Shown here piece after piece: positions 41,805 to 51,653 of a stretch of 64,000 nt of DNA. The stretch comes from Pseudomonadales bacterium (GTDB lineage Bacteria; Pseudomonadota; Gammaproteobacteria; Pseudomonadales; Azotimanducaceae). Each line of letters begins with the position of its first letter. Within the stretch, counting starts at the first letter, position 1. The position numbers and the translations under genes are program-made. Under the pieces are notes generated by a model. It saw only the letters and a list, made by a program, of their open reading frames with translations, was not told where the DNA came from and ran no database searches. The DNA lies in NCBI GenBank assembly GCA_041686955.1, contig JAWLCV010000009.1, positions 459-64,458 on the forward strand. Reading direction: 5' to 3'.

Positions 41805-42266
41805 TCAGGGCCGGCGCGTGGGCCGGCTGGACTGGAGGAAGCGGTCGAGCTGGTTGGCGAATGCCTGAACTTCGGCCTTGCCGGGCGCGCTCTGGCTGCT
41901 GCTTATGGCGCCGGTCTCGCGAAGCTGCTCCATGAGGTTGCGGCGGGCCAGGTGGTCGTGAATGTTCTCCGCCGTGTACAGGGTGCCCCGGGGGTTCAAG
42001 GCGGTCCCGCCGAGCCGCACCACGTCCGCCGCCAGGGGCACGTCGGCGGTGATCACCAGGTCTCCGGGGGTCATCTGCGATGCAATGGCGTTGTCCGCCA
42101 CGTCGAACCCGCTGGGGACCTGTAACGACCTCAGGTATCGGGAGGGCGGCACCCGCTGATGGTGGTTGGCCACCAGCACGGTCTCGATCTCCAGGCGCTC
42201 CGCGGCCCGAAACAGCACCGCCTTGATCGCGTTGGGACAGGCATCGGCGTCCACCCAGATTCTCAT
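41805..42266 (-). CDS. yaiI: UPF0178 protein YaiI/YqxD family
   Basis: MRIWVDADACPNAIKAVLFRAAERLEIETVLVAN...DVADNAIASQMTPGDLVITADVPLAA is colinear with E. coli YaiI. Confidence 0.85.
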   Translation of the reverse strand: MRIWVDADACPNAIKAVLFRAAERLEIETVLVANHHQRVPPSRYLRSLQVPSGFDVADNAIASQMTPGDLVITADVPLAADVVRLGGTALNPRGTLYTAENIHDHLARRNLMEQLRETGAISSSQSAPGKAEVQAFANQLDRFLQSSRPTRRP

Positions 42267-42285
42267 GAGGCGCTTCCTGCGGAGC

Positions 42286-42786
42286 TTACGGTTTGATCTC
42301 CACCGGCGTTCCGAGATCGACCAGGGACCAGATCTCCTCGATCTCCGCGTTGGTGACGGCGATGCAGCCGTCGGTCCAGTCGTCCCCCAGGTGGCGCTGT
42401 CCCAGCCAGCCCTGCCCGTTCTTCAAGCCGTGGATCATGATCTGGCCCCCGGGATTCAGCCCCGCCTCCAGGGCGCGCACACGATCCGCCTCGTTGGGAT
42501 AAGAGATGCGCAGGGCCCGGTGGAACTGGCTGCGGGCGTTGCGCTGGTCGATGGTGTACACGCCCTCGGGCGTGCGCTGATCACCCTCGAACCGCTTGTG
42601 CCCTTTCGGCGCTCGGCCGAGAGCAACTGCGTAGGTTCTCACCGGCTGATCGCCGCGCAGCAGGATGAGTTGCCGTTCGCTCTTGTCGATGACGATTCGG
42701 TCGACCGTGCCGTCGGCCGCCTGTACCCCCGTGGCCACCCCGCCGATGAGCATGGAGAAGCCGACGACCGCACCAATACGCCGCAT
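42286..42786 (-). CDS. L,D-transpeptidase (YkuD domain) with signal peptide
   Basis: ATG 42786 gives MRRIGAVVGFSMLIGGVATGVQA. The catalytic region is IMIHG...SDGCIAVTN-like (GQIMIHGLKNG...WTDGCIAVTNAEIEEI). Confidence 0.85.
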   Translation of the reverse strand: MRRIGAVVGFSMLIGGVATGVQAADGTVDRIVIDKSERQLILLRGDQPVRTYAVALGRAPKGHKRFEGDQRTPEGVYTIDQRNARSQFHRALRISYPNEADRVRALEAGLNPGGQIMIHGLKNGQGWLGQRHLGDDWTDGCIAVTNAEIEEIWSLVDLGTPVEIKP

Positions 42787-42844
42787 GGATGAAACCACCC
42801 TCGCTCCCGCAGACTGAATCGTCATTGTAGCCAGGGGCCGCGGC

Positions 42845-43237
42845 CTAATCATCCGGTGCCGTGTGGCCCCCGGCTCTGCCGCGGCGCCGGCGCCCGACCC
42901 AGCCGTAGATCACCACGTTGACCGCGACCACGGCGCCGGCGAGCACGAGCTGCAGCTCCCGTGAGAGCCCCTCGGGATACAAGGCGGACAGGAGGTAATG
43001 GCCGATGAAGCTGTCGCCGTAGCCGGCCTCGCCGGCTTGCCTGAGCAGATGATTCTCGAGCGTGGTCAGCGGGCAGGGCCGACCGGCGAGCTCCACGTAC
43101 GCGCCCCAGCCCGCCACCGGGAGGTGCACCAGGGGCGCCAAACGCAGCCACAGCCACGCCAGACCGCCCACCAGCACTCCCACGACGAAGGTCATGTGCA
43201 GGATCAGCACGGCGTCGGCGGCCATCCGGTACCACAT
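42845..43237 (-). CDS. DUF2784 family membrane protein
   Basis: ATG 43237 gives MWYRMAADAVLILHMTFVV...CPLTTLENHLLRQAGEAGY...HYLL, matching the DUF2784 pattern. 130 aa. Confidence 0.75.
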   Translation of the reverse strand: MWYRMAADAVLILHMTFVVGVLVGGLAWLWLRLAPLVHLPVAGWGAYVELAGRPCPLTTLENHLLRQAGEAGYGDSFIGHYLLSALYPEGLSRELQLVLAGAVVAVNVVIYGWVGRRRRGRAGGHTAPDD

Positions 43238-43343
43238 CAGGCAAATCCTCCGCGGCCGGGCTCGGCAAGTAAACCACCCGGACGGCCTGCGGTCATGGCC
43301 CGCGCACCCGGTATCATGGCCCCGCCTACACCGGAGCCTTTCC

Positions 43344-44660
43344 ATGGATCTTCCCGCAACCGGCGACACCACGCCCGTGGAGCCCGCCGGGCGAATCGCC
43401 CGGGCGAGCTGGGCGCTCTACGACTGGGCCAACTCCAGCTTCTCGGCGGTCGTCTCCACCTTCGTTTTTCCCGCCTACTTCGCCAGCCAGGTGGCGGCGA
43501 ACGAAACCGCCGGGACGGCGCAATGGGGTTACACGGTGGGAGCCGCGGGCCTGGTGGTGGCTCTGGGCGCCCCGGTGCTCGGCGCCATGGCGGACCGGTT
43601 CGGCCGTCGCAAGCCTCTGCTCGGCGTGTTCACGGCGCTCTGCGTGCTGGCCACCGCCGCCCTGTGGTGGGTACGCCCGGAGCCGGACTCGGTGCCCCGC
43701 GCCATGGTCCTGGCCGGGCTCGCCACCGTGGGCGCCGAATTCGCTTTCGTGTTCTACAACGCCATGCTGCCCAGCCTCACCCGCGCCGACCGCCTCGGCC
43801 GCTGGTCGGGCTGGGCGTGGGGGCTCGGCTACGCCGGCGGGCTGACGTGCCTCGCATTGGCGCTGGGCGGATTCGTCGCCGACGGCGCCTGGTTCCCATT
43901 GCCGCGGGACGGTGCCGAGCACGTGCGGGCCACCTTTCTGCTGGTGGCGGTCTGGTACGCCGTCTTCGCCCTTCCTCTGTTCCTGTACACCCCGGAAGCA
44001 CCGGCACCGGGCACGACCCTGGCCGGAGCGGTGCGGGAGGGCCTGGTTCAGCTCGCGGACCTGCTGCGGAACCTGCACCACTATGCCCCGGTGCTGCGGT
44101 TCCTGGTGGCGCGGATCTTCTTCATCGACGGCCTGGCCACCGTGTTCGCCTTCGGCGGCGTCTATGCTGCGGGGACGTTCGGCATGGACCAGCAAGGCGT
44201 ACTGCTGTTCGGCATCGCGTTGAACGTCACCGCGGGCGTGGGCGCCGCAGCGTTCTCCTGGATCGACGACTGGATCGGCGGCAAGCGCACCATCCTGGTT
44301 TCTCTCGTGGGTCTGATCATCCCCGGTGCCGCCATCGTGGTGGTGGAGTCGACGGCTCTGTTCTGGACGTTCGGGTTGATCCTCGGCGCCTTCGTGGGCC
44401 CGGTGCAGGCGGCGGGCCGATCCTACATGGCGCGGCTCGCGCCCGCTCACCTGCGTAACGAGATGTTCGGTCTGTTCGCGTTCTCCGGGAAGGCTACGGC
44501 GTTCGCCGGCCCCCTGCTGGTGGGTTGGATCACGGCGCTGTCCGGCAGCCAGCGCTTCGGCATGAGCGTGATCATCGTCCTGCTGCTGGCGGGATTTCTG
44601 CTCATGCTGACGGTGCCCCCGGATGCTCCAGGTGCACGACGTGAATCCCTTCCGGGGTGA
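43344..44660 (+). CDS. MFS transporter (UMF1 / Atg22-like family)
   Basis: ATG 43344. SWALYDWANSSFSAVVSTFVFPAYF and GAMADRFGRRKP motifs, about 12 hydrophobic segments, 438 aa. Confidence 0.85.
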   Translation: MDLPATGDTTPVEPAGRIARASWALYDWANSSFSAVVSTFVFPAYFASQVAANETAGTAQWGYTVGAAGLVVALGAPVLGAMADRFGRRKPLLGVFTALCVLATAALWWVRPEPDSVPRAMVLAGLATVGAEFAFVFYNAMLPSLTRADRLGRWSGWAWGLGYAGGLTCLALALGGFVADGAWFPLPRDGAEHVRATFLLVAVWYAVFALPLFLYTPEAPAPGTTLAGAVREGLVQLADLLRNLHHYAPVLRFLVARIFFIDGLATVFAFGGVYAAGTFGMDQQGVLLFGIALNVTAGVGAAAFSWIDDWIGGKRTILVSLVGLIIPGAAIVVVESTALFWTFGLILGAFVGPVQAAGRSYMARLAPAHLRNEMFGLFAFSGKATAFAGPLLVGWITALSGSQRFGMSVIIVLLLAGFLLMLTVPPDAPGARRESLPG

Positions 44661-45075
44661 CGTCGCTGCCCGCCGCCACGAATCCGACCTTGCGGTACAA
44701 CGCCAGCGCCGGTGCGTTGTCGCGGCCCGTGGAGGCCCTGACCCGGCGGGCGCCCAGGCCGAGGGCGTGCCGCACCAGGCGGGTGCCGATGCCCAGGCCG
44801 AAGCGCTCCGGCGTCACCGCCAGCGAGGCGATGGTGGTGGCATCGCCGGGGCCGGGCTCCACCTCAACCACCCCTGCCAGCTCGCCGTCGAGCCAGCAGC
44901 CGTAGAATGCGCTCGGCGCCGTTGCCACGTCCCCGGCGCTTCGCGCGAGCGGCGGGAAATCCGTTACCCCCATGATGCTCGCTTCCACCCGGTAGGCGGC
45001 ATGCAGCGTGCGGCGGATCGACTCCGCCATCGCCGGATCGCCGTGATCGAGCAGGACGATGGTCTGGACCGTCAC
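44602..45075 (-). CDS. GNAT family N-acetyltransferase
   Basis: GTG 45075 overlaps the upstream cupin stop (GTGA). The acetyl-CoA region is LAVTPERFGLGIGTRLV...NAPALALYRKVGF. 157 aa. Confidence 0.8.
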   Translation of the reverse strand: MTVQTIVLLDHGDPAMAESIRRTLHAAYRVEASIMGVTDFPPLARSAGDVATAPSAFYGCWLDGELAGVVEVEPGPGDATTIASLAVTPERFGLGIGTRLVRHALGLGARRVRASTGRDNAPALALYRKVGFVAAGSDVTPEGIHVVHLEHPGAPSA

Positions 45076-45455
45076 GCGTCGCCTTGCCTCCGGGGCCGGT
45101 GATCGCCGCGGGGACCGGGGGTGACGTGCACGAGCTGAGCGGGCTCCACCACCTTCACCGTATGCCACTCGCCGCGCCGCACGATGCAGGCCTCGCCGGG
45201 CCCGAGTTCCATGGGAGCGTCCGGGGCGGAATCGCCCGTCACCCGCACCCGCCCCGACACCACGTAAAGGATCTCGTCGCCGTCGGGGTGCACTTCGCCA
45301 CCGTGGGGCGCATCGCGCTCCATGGTGACGATGCCCAGGGTCATGCCGTCGATGCGCTCCGGGGGACCGGGCCGGTGCGCCCGGGTGGATATGGAGAGGT
45401 CGCGGTGGATGTCGAAGACCACTCGTGACGGATCTACCGGAACGATGGCATCCAT
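45072..45455 (-). CDS. cupin domain protein
   Basis: 127 aa. The HGGEVHPDGDEILYVVSGRVRV...GEACIVRRGEWH motif pair is typical of small cupins. Confidence 0.75.
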   Translation of the reverse strand: MDAIVPVDPSRVVFDIHRDLSISTRAHRPGPPERIDGMTLGIVTMERDAPHGGEVHPDGDEILYVVSGRVRVTGDSAPDAPMELGPGEACIVRRGEWHTVKVVEPAQLVHVTPGPRGDHRPRRQGDA

Positions 45456-45506
45456 GAGGCGGTCTCCTCGTCTATTCGGACATAGTGCAGCGGCCGAGGC
45501 CGCCGC

Positions 45507-46298
45507 TCAAGCGGTGGGCCCGGCTTCGTTCGTCACTCCGCCATCCAGGGGCAGCACGGCCTGTCGCTCCAGCGTCTCCACCAGCGCGCGGTCGCGCCCG
45601 CTCTGCTTCGCCCGGTAGAGCATACCGTCGGCTCCGGACGTGAGCGTGTCCAGAGGCACGTCGCTGGTTTCGCTGGTGGCGCCGCCCACGCTCACGGTCA
45701 CCGGCACCGGATCGTCGTGGTGGCGAAACGCGTGCTCCCTCAGGGCGCCGAGCAGCCGCTGTGCCACCAGCCCGGCGCCTTCCCTGGCGGTGTGGGGCAG
45801 CAGGACGATGAATTCCTCGCCGCCGAAGCGCGCCAGGGTGTCGGAATCGCGCAGAGCCCCCTGCATCACGGCAGCCGCTTCCTTCAGCACCCGATCGCCG
45901 GTGACGTGGCCGAAGCGGTCGTTGATGGATTTGAAGTGATCGAAGTCGATGATCAGCACGCTGGTGGGGAAGCAATGGCGCCGAGCCAGGGTGAGCTGCT
46001 GCTCGGCCACTTGCAGGAAACGCCGCCGATTGAAGGTTCCGGTCAGGGGATCCGTCTCGGACAGCGTTCGCAGCTTGTCGTTGGCCTCGCGCAGCCGCTC
46101 AGCGAGCGAGATGTGCCAGTAGCCCGCCACCGGAACCACCATCGCCGGCACGAGGACGGCCACCAGCAGGCCGACGCCCACGTCCACCGTGCCCGTGACG
46201 AGGTAGGTCACGAACCCCAGGGTCATCACGGAGGCGGCGACCGTCGCGACGGTGAAGGCGCAGACTTTCCGGATCGCTCTGATTCGCCAGCCGTCCAT
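45507..46298 (-). CDS. membrane-anchored diguanylate cyclase (GGDEF)
   Basis: Two N-terminal hydrophobic segments, then DPLTGTFNRRRF...DFDHFKSINDRFGH..GD...RFGGEEFIVLLP (GGEEF active site). Confidence 0.88.
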   Translation of the reverse strand: MDGWRIRAIRKVCAFTVATVAASVMTLGFVTYLVTGTVDVGVGLLVAVLVPAMVVPVAGYWHISLAERLREANDKLRTLSETDPLTGTFNRRRFLQVAEQQLTLARRHCFPTSVLIIDFDHFKSINDRFGHVTGDRVLKEAAAVMQGALRDSDTLARFGGEEFIVLLPHTAREGAGLVAQRLLGALREHAFRHHDDPVPVTVSVGGATSETSDVPLDTLTSGADGMLYRAKQSGRDRALVETLERQAVLPLDGGVTNEAGPTA

Positions 46299-46310
46299 GC
46301 CGCGCCGTCC

Positions 46311-47979
<1,669 letters not shown>

Positions 47980-47987
<8 letters not shown>

Positions 47988-49296
47988 GGTTCGTCCCTAA
48001 CGTCTTGAACATGACTTTGGAGTTGCGCTGATAGTTGTACAGGGTCTGTTTCGGAGCCGGCAGCTCGCCGATGTCGGCGTCCTCGAAGCCGTGCTCGAGG
48101 AACCAGTCCCGGGTCTGGGTGGTGAGCACGAACAACCGCCGTACCCCGGCGTGGCGCGCGGCGCTTTCCGCCGCGGCCAGCAGGCGCTCGCCGATGCCGG
48201 GGCGCATGCCGGAACCGCGGTAGGCGTCGTGCACCGCCACGCAGGCCAGCTCGGCGCTCTCGCCGAACGGATACAGGGCGCAGCATCCCACCACGATACC
48301 GTCCAGCTCCGCCACGAAGAAGTTGCCCACCTCCAGCTCCAGGCGGTCGCGGTCACGGCGCACCAGCACCCCGGCCTCCTCGAGCGGCCGGATCACCTCG
48401 ACGATGCCGGCCACGTCCTCCGGCCGGGCCGGGCGAACCATGCTGCCCCGCTGCTCGGAGAGCTCCGTGCCGTGACCCTGGGCGGTGAACAGCTCCTGGA
48501 GCAGCGCGCCGTCCTCGCTGTAGCTCACCAGGTGACAGCGCGGTACCCCGCCGCGGCAGGCCCGGAGCATGGCGCGTAGCTGATTGGCCACGTAAGGCTC
48601 GGGCCGGGTCCGGTCCAGCAGTGCCTCGAGCTCCGCGGGCACCAGCTCGGGCCGGTTACGGCCGTCCTCGTCCCTCACGTAGCCGTCGGCGTCGAACATG
48701 ATCAGCTTGTCCGCCGCCAGCGCCGTGGCCACCTCGGCCGCCAGCTCGTCGGCGGCCAGGCTGAACGCCTGGCCGGAGGGGGAGTAGCCCACCGGCGACA
48801 CCACCACCAGGGTGCGCGCGTCCAGCAACGCGCGGATGCGCTGGCTGTGGATGCGCCGCACCTGCCCCGTGAACAGATGGTCGACCCCGTCGAGCACGCC
48901 GATGGGCCGTGCCACCACGAAGTTGCCGGTGACCGTGGCGATGTCGGCGTTGCGCAGGGGGCTGGTGGGCAGTCCGGTGGAGAAGTGGGCCTCCAGGGTG
49001 GCGCGCACCTGGCCGTGCACGCCGAGCACGATCTCCATGCTGTCCCGGTCGGTGATGCGCCGATGGCGATGGAACTGGCTGCCCGGCAGGGCGGCGTCGA
49101 TCTGCGGCCGGGCGCCGTGAACCAGCACCAGGCGCACCCCCAGCACGTGCAGCAGCGCCAGGTCGTGGACGATGTTCGCCAGGTTCGCGTGGGCGATGGC
49201 CTCGCCCCCCAGCAGCACCACGAACGTCTTGTTGCGGTGCGCGCTGATGTAGGGCGTGGACGCGCGAAACCACCTGGCGTAGCCGCTGGTATCCAA
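47980..49296 (-). CDS. argA: amino-acid N-acetyltransferase (N-acetylglutamate synthase)
   Basis: Colinear with E. coli/Pseudomonas ArgA (STPYISAHRNKTFVVLLGGEA..., VHGARPQID, a C-terminal GNAT with CVAVHDAYRGSG). TTG 49296 is preceded by GGGAG and gives MDTSGYARWFRASTPYI, like Pseudomonas MPDYVNWLRHASPYI. The in-frame ATG at 49383 is an alternative. The stop overlaps the ilvD start. Confidence 0.9.
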
Positions 49297-49384
49297 CGGA
49301 GCGCTCCCTCCGGCCGCCAGCCGGTGGCCGGGCGGCAAAGTGAGAAAATGGGGGCGGATTCTACACCAGGGGGCGGTCGCCATC

Positions 49385-49520
49385 CGCTATCCGCTGTCCG
49401 CTCTCCGCTAGAGCGTGCTCGACGGCGGCGCGCGGGTGGGCTAACGCTCAGCGAGGAGGATGACGTGAGGCTCTGGCGTCGCGCCTCTTGCGGATAGTGG
49501 AGAGCGGACAGCGGATAGCG
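49385..49520. repeat. MITE/REP-like element with perfect 22-bp terminal inverted repeats made of heptad-phased TCCGCT units
   Basis: CGCTATCCGCTGTCCGCTCTCC (49385-49406) is the exact reverse complement of GGAGAGCGGACAGCGGATAGCG (49499-49520). The left flank reads (N-TCCGCT)x4 from 49382. Related copies are at 27579-27677 and 14171-14190. Confidence 0.85.
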
Positions 49521-49607
49521 AACCCAAATCACAAACACCGCCGCTCCCGGTTGCAAAACCACCTCCCATCCCTTTAACTGGCAAAGGTTGGCTAATCAGG
49601 GACTTAC

Positions 49608-51584
49608 GTGGCCACGCCCCTCACCACGCCGCCCTCCGGGGATCAGCAGGACCGCTCGGCGGAAGACAGCGCCCCGGACTTCGTCCGTTCGGAGGATGAA
49701 GTCCGCCCGGATGGAATCCACCCGGATGAAGTCCGCCCGGATGAAGTCCGCCCGGACGAAGTCCGCGCGGATGGCAGTGCGGCGGCCGGCGAGCGGCAGG
49801 CGCCCCTGGCGGCGCGGCTCGGCGGCAACGAGCGGCTGCTCGACCTGCACACCACCCTGGACCACCTGGTGAGCGACGGCTTCATCAGTCAGCGTCAGGC
49901 GGAGGACGTGCTGATCGCGCCGCGCACCAAGAAGGAACTCAATCAGCATCCCCTGGAGATCGTCGCAGGGCGCGAGTTCGAGAATCGCAACAAGCCCGGC
50001 AGCGTCCTCGACCTGGAAACCCTGACGGAATGGCTGTGCCGTATCAGCGGCCAGGCGTACCTGCGCATCGACCCGCTGAAGATCAACGTCAATGCGGTCA
50101 CCGAGGTCATGTCCTACGCCTTCGCCCAGCGCCACAACATCCTGGCGGTGGAGGTCTCCGACGACGAGGTGGTGATCGCCAGCGCGCAGCCGTTCATGTA
50201 CCAGTGGGAGAGCATGCTCACCCAGACCCTGCGGGGGCGGCGTATCCGGCGCGTGGTGGCGAACCCGGCGGACCTGAACCGCTACATGCTGGAGTTCTAC
50301 ACCATGGCCCGGGCGGTGGCGAAGGCCAGCGACGCCGGGCTCGAGGTGAGCAGCATCGCCAATTTCGAGCAGATGCTCGAGCTCGGGGCACTCAAGAGCC
50401 CGGAGGCCAACGACGCCCACGTGGTGAACATCGTGGATTGGCTGCTGCAGTACGCGTTCGACCAGCGGGCCAGCGACATTCACATCGAGCCGCGGCGCGA
50501 CAAGGGCCTCATCCGCTTCCGGATCGACGGCGTGCTGCACCACGTCTACGAGCTGCCGAGCGCGGTGAACGCCGCGGTCACCAGCCGTCTGAAGATCCTC
50601 GGGCGCATGGACGTGGCCGAGAAGCGGCGTCCCCAGGACGGCCGGGTGAAGACCAAGAGCCCGGACGGCGACGAGGTCGAGCTGCGGCTTTCCACCCTGC
50701 CCACGGCCTTCGGCGAGAAGATGGTGCTCAGGATCTTCGATCCCGACGTGCTGCTGCGCAGCTTCGCGGAGCTGGGGCTGACGGGGAAGGATCACGAGCG
50801 CTGGCAGGAGATGGTCCATTCTCCCAACGGCATCGTCCTGGTCACCGGCCCTACGGGGTCGGGCAAGACCACCACCCTCTACTCCACCCTCAAGCAGCTC
50901 GCCACCTCCGAGGTGAACGTCTGCACCATCGAAGATCCCATCGAGATGGTGGAGCCGGCGTTCAACCAGATGCAGGTGCAGCACAACATCGACGTGACCT
51001 TCGCCTCGGGCATCCGTGCGCTGTTGCGGCAGGATCCGGACATCATCATGATCGGCGAGATCCGCGACCTGCAGACCGCGGAGATGGCCATCCAGGCGGC
51101 GCTGACGGGCCACCTGGTGATCTCCACACTGCACACCAACGATGCGCCCACCGCGGTGACCCGGCTGCTGGACCTGGGGGTGCCCTCCTACATGATCAAG
51201 GCCACCGTGCTGGGGGTGATGGCCCAGCGCCTGGTGCGGACGCTCTGTCCCCACTGCAAGGTGGAGGACGAGGTGGACCTGGAAGCCTGGGAGCTGCTCA
51301 CCCGGCCGTTCAAGGCCCGGCCGCCGGCCGCCGTGTACTGGCCGAAGGGCTGCCTCGAGTGCCGCGACACCGGCTTTCTCGGGCGCGTGGGCATCTACGA
51401 GCTGCTGCCCATGACCGACCGGGTCAAGTCGCTGATCCGCGGCGACACCGACATCCACGAGCTCCGCCGCCACGGGATGAAGGAAGGCATGCGCACCCTG
51501 CGGCTGTCCGGCGCCCAGAAGGTCGGGGCCGGCCTCACCACCATCGCCGAGGTGCTGCGGGTGGCCCCGGTTTCCCAGGACTGA
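49608..51584 (+). CDS. GspE/PulE/PilB-family secretion ATPase (orphan) with low-complexity N-terminal extension
   Basis: T2SSE_N-like region from about aa 85, Walker A GPTGSGKTTTLYS, Asp and His boxes (IMIGEIRD, TGHLVISTLHTNDA), and the tetracysteine motif CPHC...CLEC. GTG 49608 is the only canonical in-frame start upstream of the domain, with AGGGA 5 nt upstream. Confidence 0.85.
   Translation: MATPLTTPPSGDQQDRSAEDSAPDFVRSEDEVRPDGIHPDEVRPDEVRPDEVRADGSAAAGERQAPLAARLGGNERLLDLHTTLDHLVSDGFISQRQAEDVLIAPRTKKELNQHPLEIVAGREFENRNKPGSVLDLETLTEWLCRISGQAYLRIDPLKINVNAVTEVMSYAFAQRHNILAVEVSDDEVVIASAQPFMYQWESMLTQTLRGRRIRRVVANPADLNRYMLEFYTMARAVAKASDAGLEVSSIANFEQMLELGALKSPEANDAHVVNIVDWLLQYAFDQRASDIHIEPRRDKGLIRFRIDGVLHHVYELPSAVNAAVTSRLKILGRMDVAEKRRPQDGRVKTKSPDGDEVELRLSTLPTAFGEKMVLRIFDPDVLLRSFAELGLTGKDHERWQEMVHSPNGIVLVTGPTGSGKTTTLYSTLKQLATSEVNVCTIEDPIEMVEPAFNQMQVQHNIDVTFASGIRALLRQDPDIIMIGEIRDLQTAEMAIQAALTGHLVISTLHTNDAPTAVTRLLDLGVPSYMIKATVLGVMAQRLVRTLCPHCKVEDEVDLEAWELLTRPFKARPPAAVYWPKGCLECRDTGFLGRVGIYELLPMTDRVKSLIRGDTDIHELRRHGMKEGMRTLRLSGAQKVGAGLTTIAEVLRVAPVSQD
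49692..49781 (+). repeat. 15-bp tandem repeat (about 5-6 units of CCGGATGAAGTCCGC), in frame with the GspE-like ORF (PDEVR pentapeptides)
   Basis: Units at 49692, 49707, 49722, 49737, 49752 and 49767. Units 49722-49736 and 49737-49751 are identical and the others differ by 1-6 nt. Confidence 0.9.
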
Positions 51585-51589
51585 GCCCC

Positions 51590-51615
51590 GACGCGGCGGC
51601 TCCGCGCGCCGCGTC
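51590..51615 (+). terminator. 9-bp GC hairpin after the GspE-like gene (candidate terminator or attenuator)
   Basis: GACGCGGCG (51590-51598) pairs with CGCCGCGTC (51607-51615) around an 8-nt loop. No U-tract. Confidence 0.3.
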
Positions 51616-51653
51616 CTGCCGCGGCGCCGGGTATAGTGGCGGGCGGAGGCGCC

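Noticed and set aside
49588-49872. 94-aa ORF (MKSAR repeats) in the +2 frame over the 15-bp repeat, which has all-G/C third positions
   Set aside because: The Arg/Ser/Pro-rich translation has no protein-like features outside the repeat and is wholly nested in the ATPase ORF. The GC3 signal is noted under the repeat finding, but it is not enough to call a gene.
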